DNA of 36,604 nucleotides from Clostridium sp. (GTDB taxonomy: Bacteria > Bacillota > Clostridia > Clostridiales > Clostridiaceae), in assembly GCA_038040705.1 (NCBI GenBank), contig JANZQE010000188.1, forward strand, positions 1 through 36,604, read 5' to 3'. Position numbers and translations under genes: made by a program. Shown here in pieces: positions 29,822 through 36,604 of this stretch; position 1 is the first letter of the stretch; each line of letters starts with the position of its first letter. The notes under the pieces were generated by a model. That model was not told the origin of the DNA, did not search any database, and saw only the letters and a list, made by a program, of their open reading frames with translations.

Positions 29822-31171
29822 ATGGCTTTTGAAGGACTATCTTCTAAGTTACAAGATACCATGAAAAAATTAAAAGGTAAGGGTAAGCTTTCTGAAAAAG
29901 ATATCAAGGATGCTATGAGAGAAGTAAAACTAGCACTGCTTGAAGCTGATGTTAATTATAAAGTAGTTAAGGATTTTGTGAAAAATGTTAGTGAAAAATG
30001 TTTAGGCAATGGAGTAATGCAAAGCTTAACACCTGGACAACAAGTTATAAAAATTGTTAATGATGAGTTAACAAGTTTAATGGGTAATTCAGAAAGTAAA
30101 TTAGAGTTTTCTATAAATGGAATAACAGTTATAATGCTTGTGGGTCTTCAAGGTGCAGGTAAAACCACAATGGGCGGAAAACTTGCGCTTTCACTTAAAA
30201 GAAAAAATAAAAAACCACTATTAGTTGCCTGTGATGTATATAGACCAGCTGCAATTAAACAATTACAAGTAGTAGGAAAACAAATTGATGTTCCGGTATT
30301 TACTATGGGAGACAAGGTAAACCCAGTAGATATAGCAAAAGCATCATTAGCATTTGCTAAGGAAAATGGTAATAATGTAATTATAATAGATACGGCAGGA
30401 AGACTTCATATAGATGAAAATCTAATGGAGGAACTTCAAAATATAAAAGTGTGCATGCAGCCAAGTGAAATAATGCTTGTCGTAGATTCGATGACTGGCC
30501 AGGACGCAGTTAATGTAGCAGAGAGCTTTAATTCACAACTAGACATAACTGGTGTAATCTTGACTAAGTTAGATGGAGATACAAGAGGTGGAGCTGCACT
30601 TTCTATTAAAGCAATAACTGGCAAATCAATAAAATTTGTTGGTGTTGGTGAAAAAATGAGCGATTTAGAAGTTTTTTACCCGGATAGAATGGCTTCAAGA
30701 ATACTTGGCATGGGTGATGTACTTTCATTAATCGAAAAAGCGCAGCAGTCTATAAATGAAGACGAGGCAAAAGAACTTGGAAACAGAATGATGTCTCAAG
30801 AATTTAATTTGGATGATTTTTTAGCATCAATGCAACAAATAAAGAAACTTGGACCATTAAATAAATTAGTTGAAATGATGCCAGGTGCTAATAAAAAAGA
30901 GTTACAGGGTGTAGATTTATCTCAGAGTGAAAAAGAAATGGGAAAAGTTGAGGCTATAATAAGGTCAATGACTGTTGCAGAAAGAAAACATCCCAATTTG
31001 ATTAGTGGATCTTCCTCTAGAAAAAAGCGAATTGCTAATGGATCAGGCACTTTGGTGCAACAAGTAAATAAGTTGTTAAAAGATTTTGAAATGATGAAAA
31101 AATTTATGAAACAAGCAAAGGGATCCCAAAAACCTGGTAAAAAAGGTATGTTTGGTAAAATGCCTTTTTAA
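29822..31171 (+). CDS. ffh: Signal recognition particle protein
   Basis: MAFEGLS start, GLQGAGKTT, DTAGR, RILGMGD and Met-rich M domain; AGGAGG supports ATG 29822. Confidence 0.97.
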   Translation: MAFEGLSSKLQDTMKKLKGKGKLSEKDIKDAMREVKLALLEADVNYKVVKDFVKNVSEKCLGNGVMQSLTPGQQVIKIVNDELTSLMGNSESKLEFSINGITVIMLVGLQGAGKTTMGGKLALSLKRKNKKPLLVACDVYRPAAIKQLQVVGKQIDVPVFTMGDKVNPVDIAKASLAFAKENGNNVIIIDTAGRLHIDENLMEELQNIKVCMQPSEIMLVVDSMTGQDAVNVAESFNSQLDITGVILTKLDGDTRGGAALSIKAITGKSIKFVGVGEKMSDLEVFYPDRMASRILGMGDVLSLIEKAQQSINEDEAKELGNRMMSQEFNLDDFLASMQQIKKLGPLNKLVEMMPGANKKELQGVDLSQSEKEMGKVEAIIRSMTVAERKHPNLISGSSSRKKRIANGSGTLVQQVNKLLKDFEMMKKFMKQAKGSQKPGKKGMFGKMPF

Positions 31172-31221
31172 TAAAATGACTTCGGTTATAATTAAATATA
31201 TATTTAAAGGAGGTGATATAC

Positions 31222-31464
31222 GTGGCAGTTAAAATAAGATTAAAAAGAATGGGTGCTAAACACTCTCCATTTTATAGAGTTGTAGTTGCAGATTCAAGAT
31301 CTCCTAGAGATGGAAAATTCATCGAAGAAATAGGATATTACAATCCAACAACAGAACCAACTACTATTAAAATAGATACTGAAAAAGCAGCTAGTTGGAT
31401 ACAAAAGGGTGCACAACCATCTGATACAGTTAAAAGGTTACTTAACAAAATAGCAGTCAACTAG
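31222..31464 (+). CDS. rpsP: 30S ribosomal protein S16
   Basis: [10 protein letters not shown] and [16 protein letters not shown] motifs; AAGGAGGTG supports GTG 31222. Confidence 0.97.
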   Translation: MAVKIRLKRMGAKHSPFYRVVVADSRSPRDGKFIEEIGYYNPTTEPTTIKIDTEKAASWIQKGAQPSDTVKRLLNKIAVN

Positions 31465-31498
31465 AAAAGTTTTTAAGTAATGAATGGAGGAGTATTCC

Positions 31499-31726
31499 AT
31501 GAAACAGTTACTTTATGTATTGGCAAGGTCTTTAGTTGATAAACCTGAAATGGTAGTAGTGAACGAAGTAGCGCATGAGCACACGGTAGTTCTTGAATTA
31601 TCTGTGGCGAATGAGGATATGGGAAAAGTTATTGGTAAACAAGGTAGAATAGCTAAAGCTATTAGAACTGTTGTAAAAGCAGCTGCTGTAAAAGAAAATA
31701 AAAAAGTAGTTGTTGAAATAAAGTAA
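31499..31726 (+). CDS. khpA: KH-domain RNA-binding protein
   Basis: DMGKVIGKQGRIAKAIR motif; located between rpsP and rimM. Confidence 0.95.
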   Translation: MKQLLYVLARSLVDKPEMVVVNEVAHEHTVVLELSVANEDMGKVIGKQGRIAKAIRTVVKAAAVKENKKVVVEIK

Positions 31727-31754
31727 GAGTTAGGTTCTGCCTAACTCTTATTTT
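31724..31754 (+). terminator. Hairpin/terminator after khpA
   Basis: TAAGAGTTAGG-ttctg-CCTAACTCTTA followed by TTTT. Confidence 0.8.
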
Positions 31755-31784
31755 AATATAAGCAATTTGTAAGGAGGATTTTAA

Positions 31785-32279
31785 GTGAAAGATTTTATGA
31801 GTGTGGGTCAGATTGGTAAAACACATGGGTTAAAGGGTGAAGTTAAAGTTTTTTCACTAACAGACTCGCTTGAAAGATTTAAGAAATTAAAAAATGTATA
31901 CATTGATGGCGAAATTAGAAAAATCGAAGGATGTAAACTTCAATCAGATAAAGTAATATTAAAAATTGAAGGCATAGACACCATAGAGCAAGCGGAGACT
32001 TATAGAAATAAGGCCCTTATGGTTAGTCGCGAAGAGGCGATTCCACTTGAAGAGGGTAGCTATTATGTAGCTGATCTTATAGATTGTAGTGTTTTTGACA
32101 CAGATGGCAAAGAACTTGGAAAAGTATTTGATGTTCTTAGTACACCAGGTAATGATGTATATTGGGTTAAGGGGAATAATACAGAAGTGCTCGTTCCAGT
32201 ACTTAAAGATATAGTTGTTAGTATAGATATTAATAAACGTGTAATAATAATTAAGCCAGTAAGTGTTTGGTCAGAATGA
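31785..32279 (+). CDS. rimM: Ribosome maturation factor RimM
   Basis: [16 protein letters not shown] and NDVY motifs. Confidence 0.95.
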   Translation: MKDFMSVGQIGKTHGLKGEVKVFSLTDSLERFKKLKNVYIDGEIRKIEGCKLQSDKVILKIEGIDTIEQAETYRNKALMVSREEAIPLEEGSYYVADLIDCSVFDTDGKELGKVFDVLSTPGNDVYWVKGNNTEVLVPVLKDIVVSIDINKRVIIIKPVSVWSE

Positions 32280-33007
32280 AAATAGATATTTTGACGCTAT
32301 TTCCTGAAATGTTTGATATATTTAATCGCAGTATAATTGGAAAAGCTATAGAGAAAAATATACTGGATATCTCATCTCACAATATTCGGGACTATGCATT
32401 AAATAAACATAAAAAAGTAGATGATTATCCCTATGGCGGTGGGGCAGGTATGGTAATGCAAACTCAACCCATTATTCACTGTATTAATGATGTTAAATTA
32501 AATAATAGTGGAAAGGTTATATTTTTAGGACCAAGAGGTAAAACCTTCACGCAAGAGATAGCCAAAAATTTATGTAAGGAAAGTGAATTGATATTTTTAT
32601 GCGGCCATTATGAACGCATTGATGAGAGAATTTATGACCATATAGATATGGAAATTTCACTTGGAGATTATGTTCTGACAGGTGGGGAAATGGCATGTAT
32701 ACCTATAGTGGATAGTATTTGTAGACTAATTCCAGGGGTATTATCTTGTAGTGAGAGCTTTACTGAAGAATCCTTTTATGATGGACTCCTTGAGTATCCT
32801 CAATATACAAGGCCGGAATGTTTTGAAGGTAAAAAGGTTCCAGAAGTATTGACCTCCGGGCATCATGAAAATATACGGAAGTGGAGAAGAACTCAGTCTC
32901 TTTTAGTAACTAAAGAAAAAAGACCAGATATGTTTCTGAAACTTGAACTTACGAAGGAAGACAAAAAATTGCTTAGAAAAGCTTATGAAATAAAAGAAGA
33001 AGTCTAA
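32276..33007 (+). CDS. trmD: tRNA (guanine37-N1)-methyltransferase
   Basis: [33 protein letters not shown] and PQYTRP motifs; ATGA overlap with rimM. Confidence 0.96.
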   Translation: MKIDILTLFPEMFDIFNRSIIGKAIEKNILDISSHNIRDYALNKHKKVDDYPYGGGAGMVMQTQPIIHCINDVKLNNSGKVIFLGPRGKTFTQEIAKNLCKESELIFLCGHYERIDERIYDHIDMEISLGDYVLTGGEMACIPIVDSICRLIPGVLSCSESFTEESFYDGLLEYPQYTRPECFEGKKVPEVLTSGHHENIRKWRRTQSLLVTKEKRPDMFLKLELTKEDKKLLRKAYEIKEEV

Positions 33008-33074
33008 TTACTAGAATGTATGTATCAATCTAACTGTAAAATATATTGCATATAATAATAAAAGGTATTTTATG

Positions 33075-33103
33075 TTGATATATATGTATAGTTATGATAA
33101 AAT
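33075..33103 (+). promoter_or_regulatory. Sigma-A promoter of rplS
   Basis: TTGATA-N17-TAAAAT with extended TG. Confidence 0.75.
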
Positions 33104-33119
33104 ATACTTTGTGCTAGTA

Positions 33120-33157
33120 CGGACGCTCCTCTGCTATATTGATGGGCATGAACGTCA
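33120..33157 (+). ncRNA. Probable L19 leader (autoregulatory structure)
   Basis: GACG...CGTC closing stem with TCCTCTG / ATGAAC internal motifs in the 5' UTR of rplS, resembling the Firmicute L19 leader. Confidence 0.7.
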
Positions 33158-33183
33158 CAATAAAATATTAGGAGGGAATGCAC

Positions 33184-33534
33184 ATGTTAGATATTATAAG
33201 ATCGATAGAACAAGAACAAATCAGAACTGATTTACCAGATTTTGGTGTGGGTGATACTGTTAAAGTTCACATTAAAATTAGTGAAGGTAACAAGGAGAGA
33301 GTCCAAGTATTCGAGGGAACCGTTCTTAAAAGACAACACGGCGGTTTAAGAGAAACTTTCACAGTAAGAAGAGTTGCATCTGGTGTTGGTGTTGAAAAAA
33401 CATTCCCAGTAAATGCTCCAGTAATTGAAAAAATTGAAATTGTAAGACTTGGTAAAGTTAGAAGAGCTAAGCTATTCTACTTAAGAGATAGAGTTGGTAA
33501 GTCTGCAAAAGTTAAAGAAAGAATGAGAAAATAA
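33184..33534 (+). CDS. rplS: 50S ribosomal protein L19
   Basis: [14 protein letters not shown] and [12 protein letters not shown] motifs; AGGAGGGA spacing favours ATG 33184. Confidence 0.97.
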   Translation: MLDIIRSIEQEQIRTDLPDFGVGDTVKVHIKISEGNKERVQVFEGTVLKRQHGGLRETFTVRRVASGVGVEKTFPVNAPVIEKIEIVRLGKVRRAKLFYLRDRVGKSAKVKERMRK

Positions 33535-33541
33535 TTAAATT

Positions 33542-33562
33542 GGGGCTGAAAAGTCCCTTTTT
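33542..33562 (+). terminator. Intrinsic terminator after rplS
   Basis: GGGGCT-gaaa-AGTCCC followed by TTTTT. Confidence 0.8.
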
Positions 33563-33594
33563 ATATTTTAGTGAATTCTTAAGTAGGTGGATAT

Positions 33595-34107
33595 ATGACA
33601 AAGAAAACTTCAAAAGCAGTAAAATACACAGCGATTTTACTTGTAACTTCAGTATTCATCATAAATTTTTTATTTCAAGTAGTAACAGTAAATGGTAAAT
33701 CTATGGTTCCTACTTTGCAAAGCAATGATAAATTAATACTTGAAAGAGTATCATATAGAATAATGTCCCCTAAACGCAATGATATTGTAGTAATAAGGTA
33801 TCCAGCTGATATAAGAGAAAGAATAATAAAAAGAGTTATAGCAGTTGCTGGTGACACGGTTAAAATATGTGATAATATATTATATATAAATGGTAAAACT
33901 ATAAGTGAATACTATATAAATGAAGATTATATGAGTGACTATGATGAAATTCAGGTGCCGTTAGATACGGTTTTTGTTCTAGGGGATAATAGAAATTTCA
34001 GCAGTGATTCACGTAGTGATGATATTGGGTTTGTAAAACTCAATCTTATAGAAGGAAAAGCAGTTATAAAGCTTTATCCATTCAATAAAATGGGAAGGAT
34101 ACGATAA
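33595..34107 (+). CDS. lepB: Signal peptidase I
   Basis: One TM helix; SMVPTL (catalytic Ser), IKRVI (catalytic Lys) and GDNR..S.DSR motifs. Confidence 0.95.
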   Translation: MTKKTSKAVKYTAILLVTSVFIINFLFQVVTVNGKSMVPTLQSNDKLILERVSYRIMSPKRNDIVVIRYPADIRERIIKRVIAVAGDTVKICDNILYINGKTISEYYINEDYMSDYDEIQVPLDTVFVLGDNRNFSSDSRSDDIGFVKLNLIEGKAVIKLYPFNKMGRIR

Positions 34108-34109
34108 GT

Positions 34110-34967
34110 ATGAGCATGACCATAAATTGGTTTCCAGGACATATGGCTAAAACTAGAAGACAAATTCAAGAGAGTTTAAAACTTGTTGACGCCGTAATAG
34201 AAATGAGAGATGCAAGAATTGTAAACTCTAGTGCAAATCCACAAATTGACGAGATCTGCAAAGATAAGCCAAGAGTTATTTTATTAAACAAAAGTGATTT
34301 AGCCGAAGATAAAGTAACTAAAGAATGGATACAAAAACTTACAACTGATACGGTGAAACCATTATCTGTAAATAGCCTTACAGGTGGGGGTTTAAAAAGT
34401 ATAAAGACTACCCTTGATGAATTATTAAAAGAAAAGCAAGATAGGCAAAGAAAAAAAGGATTGGTTAATATAGTTACACGAGTTATGGTAGTTGGTATAC
34501 CTAATGTGGGTAAATCTTCTCTTATAAATAAATTGGCTAAAAACCACAGTGCTAAAACTGGTGATAAACCCGGTGTTACTAAAAGTAAGCAATGGATTAA
34601 GACTAGCATCGGAATAGAACTTATGGATACTCCTGGGGTGCTATGGCCTAAATTTGAAGATCAAGTTGTTGGACTTAATTTGGCCTTTACAGGAGCCATA
34701 AAAGATGAAGTTATGGATATAGAGGAATTAGCGCTTAGATTAGTAGAAAGGCTTCAAGTTGTTAATCCACAAAGATTAATGGAAAGATATAAACTTCCAG
34801 AAATTATGGAAGAAGCTATAGATAATATGGATAATATAGGGAAGAAAAGAGGGGCTGTAATTTCTGGTGGCAACATTGACTATAATAGAATAGCAGTTAT
34901 GCTTTTAGACGAATTTAGAGGTGGAAAATTAGGTTCTATATCCCTAGAAAGACCAGACGATTATTAA
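34110..34967 (+). CDS. rbgA: Ribosome biogenesis GTPase RbgA/YlqF
   Basis: WFPGHM, NKSD, GIPNVGKS and DTPG motifs. Confidence 0.96.
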   Translation: MSMTINWFPGHMAKTRRQIQESLKLVDAVIEMRDARIVNSSANPQIDEICKDKPRVILLNKSDLAEDKVTKEWIQKLTTDTVKPLSVNSLTGGGLKSIKTTLDELLKEKQDRQRKKGLVNIVTRVMVVGIPNVGKSSLINKLAKNHSAKTGDKPGVTKSKQWIKTSIGIELMDTPGVLWPKFEDQVVGLNLAFTGAIKDEVMDIEELALRLVERLQVVNPQRLMERYKLPEIMEEAIDNMDNIGKKRGAVISGGNIDYNRIAVMLLDEFRGGKLGSISLERPDDY

Positions 34968-35005
34968 GTGTATATAATCATATGTAGTTTTTAGTTTTAT
35001 TAAAT

Positions 35006-35076
35006 AAGCAACCTTCTGATTGTGGATAGATAACAATTAATAATTGGTACCTAAGACAAATACCAGAAGGTTGCTT
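35006..35076. repeat. 71-bp element bounded by a perfect 13-bp inverted repeat
   Basis: AAGCAACCTTCTG (35006-35018) and CAGAAGGTTGCTT (35064-35076); central CAATTA-a-TAATTG dyad. Confidence 0.85.
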
Positions 35077-35137
35077 TTGCGTATAAAGTTATTAGCAGTA
35101 TTTAATAAAAATTATGGAGTATTAAGGAGAAAATATT

Positions 35138-35959
35138 ATGGAAAAAGATATGAATTTTTTAAATATGAGTTATAAAGAAATATATGATCATATAAAGTCA
35201 ATAGAAAATGCGGAAAATACTAGGTCAGATAATGAGATGAAAAGTCTCATGAATATGCTTTTGAATGACAATAGAAAAACTGTACAAAAATTAGGCAGCC
35301 AAATGTTTAGAATGTTCGAGAACAAAGAAAAAGAGATTCAGAGAGTAAAAAAAATGTATGACTTTGATAGAAGTTTCGGAAACCATAAATATTTAGCAGG
35401 AGTGGATGAGGTTGGTAGGGGGCCACTAGCAGGACCAATAGTGGCAGCAGCCGTAATATTAGATTTAAATATAAAGGACGATAAAGATTTAATTCTTAGT
35501 GCTAACGATTCTAAAAAATTATCAATCTCTGTTCGATCCGAATTATCCAGGATTATTAAAGAAAAGGCTTTAGCCTATAAAATTATTGCTATTGATAATA
35601 ACCAGATTGATGAAAAGGGTATTGGATGGTGCAATAATCAAGTGTTTTTAGATTGCTGTAATGAAATTTCCATTAAACCAGATATAGTTTTATCTGATGG
35701 ATATAAAATCAAAAATTATGTGGGTTTAAATGAGTTTGCGATAAAAGGAGATACCAAAAGTATAAGCATAGCTTGTGCTTCTATTATCGCAAAGGTATAT
35801 AGAGATGAACTGATGTTACAGTATAATAATGAATATCCGAATTATGGGTTTGATAAAAATGTGGGTTATGGTACAGAGCAGCATGTTAGTGCAATAAAAA
35901 AATATGGTGCTATCCCAATACATAGAAAGAGTTTCCTTAAAAATATATTAGAATTATAA
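35138..35959 (+). CDS. rnhB: Ribonuclease HII
   Basis: GVDEVGRGPLAGP, DSKKL, KGD, ASIIAKV.RD and HRKSF motifs; Firmicute-type N-terminal extension. Confidence 0.96.
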   Translation: MEKDMNFLNMSYKEIYDHIKSIENAENTRSDNEMKSLMNMLLNDNRKTVQKLGSQMFRMFENKEKEIQRVKKMYDFDRSFGNHKYLAGVDEVGRGPLAGPIVAAAVILDLNIKDDKDLILSANDSKKLSISVRSELSRIIKEKALAYKIIAIDNNQIDEKGIGWCNNQVFLDCCNEISIKPDIVLSDGYKIKNYVGLNEFAIKGDTKSISIACASIIAKVYRDELMLQYNNEYPNYGFDKNVGYGTEQHVSAIKKYGAIPIHRKSFLKNILEL

Positions 35960-36322
35960 TTGAAAAGCGTCCTCAATATGATTAACTAAAAAATCATTGT
36001 TATCGTTATTTAGTAGAACTTCTATAACATCAAATCTAAAATTAGAGTCAGCGATATTTTTGTAGGAAATATAAACCTGCGCTGTTTTGTAAATTTTTTT
36101 CTGCTTAGCATAATTGACTGACTCTGCTGGTAATCCAAATTTTGTACCATATCTGGTTTTCACTTCTATAAAGCAAATATAATTATTATTTACGGCTATT
36201 AAGTCTATTTCTCCACATTTACATCTGAAATTTCTTTCTTTAATCAAGTATCCCACATTTTTTAAATGAGTTTCTGCTATACCTTCACCTAGTGCACCAA
36301 TATCTTTGTTGTGTGCTTTCAT
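35954..36322 (-). CDS. yraN: YraN/UPF0102 family nuclease
   Basis: GEIDLIA, FIEVKTR, RFDVI and HIEDAF motifs; GGGAAGGA RBS. Confidence 0.94.
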   Translation of the reverse strand: MKAHNKDIGALGEGIAETHLKNVGYLIKERNFRCKCGEIDLIAVNNNYICFIEVKTRYGTKFGLPAESVNYAKQKKIYKTAQVYISYKNIADSNFRFDVIEVLLNNDNNDFLVNHIEDAFQL

Positions 36323-36359
36323 TCTAAAACATCCTTCCCTATATAGTTATAGTTATCAC

Positions 36360-36521
36360 TTAACAAGAAACCAGAATCAATAAAGGTGCCTTGTGGTACT
36401 CAAATTTGCCCTCTGTTTGACGATAAGGAGTCATGGCTAGCATTTGCACCAGTTCACCATTGTATAGCTTAAACGATGATTTTAAGTATTTCACTACGTA
36501 TAATATTTTTATTTCACTCAT
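36360..36521 (-). CDS. Possible 53-aa ORF upstream of yraN (may instead be non-coding)
   Basis: AAGGAG 9 nt upstream of ATG 36521; no recognisable domain; codon usage less AT-biased than neighbouring genes. Confidence 0.3.
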   Translation of the reverse strand: MSEIKILYVVKYLKSSFKLYNGELVQMLAMTPYRQTEGKFEYHKAPLLILVSC

Positions 36522-36604
36522 TATATTAATCTCCTTCAATTGAATATATATACATTTCATAACCATTTATAATTTTAAATTATTCTCATTTTATGATGGA
36601 TGCA

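Noticed and set aside
56-34609. Many minus-strand ORFs of 60-160 aa antisense to housekeeping genes (e.g. 56-331, 2317-2799, 10878-11360, 18354-18785, 34166-34609)
   Set aside because: They are shadows of real plus-strand genes, rich in Ile/Ser/Phe, with no RBS or recognisable motifs.
35021-35029. TGTGGATAG, 8/9 match to a DnaA box
   Set aside because: Isolated imperfect box with no cluster and no origin genes nearby.
36385-36460. Fragments resembling SAM-I (CTTATC, GAGGG, GGTGC) or fluoride (ATGACTCCT) riboswitches on the minus strand
   Set aside because: SAM-I motifs are in the wrong order and the fluoride 5' pseudoknot partner is missing; kept only as an unclassified candidate.

Overview
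AT-rich Firmicute chromosome segment whose gene order is typical of Clostridium sensu stricto (taxon is an inference). It is core genome: priA(3' end)-def-fmt-rsmB-rlmN-stp-pknB-rsgA-rpe-thiN-[small membrane ORF]-spoVM><rpmB, asp23-fakA-recG-rsmD-coaD-[SepIVA-like]><ylbJ<tmcAL, pta-ackA-DUF177-rpmF-plsX-acpP-rnc-[radical SAM]-[32-aa ORF]-smc-ftsY-ylxM-ffh-rpsP-khpA-rimM-trmD-rplS-lepB-rbgA-rnhB><yraN. I see no mobile element, CRISPR array, tRNA or rRNA, and no convincing new multi-gene system. The points worth a second look are small: two micro-ORFs missing from the ORF track (spoVM and a 32-aa membrane peptide leading the smc operon), a GC-richer structured segment or small ORF upstream of an inverted yraN, a probable RNase III site in the rnc leader, a structured DUF177-rpmF leader, candidate operators, a SepIVA/Cdv3-like gene, and a Gly-to-Arg change in the TrmD SAM-binding loop. 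Several starts were moved from the ORF track to the codon supported by a ribosome-binding site.
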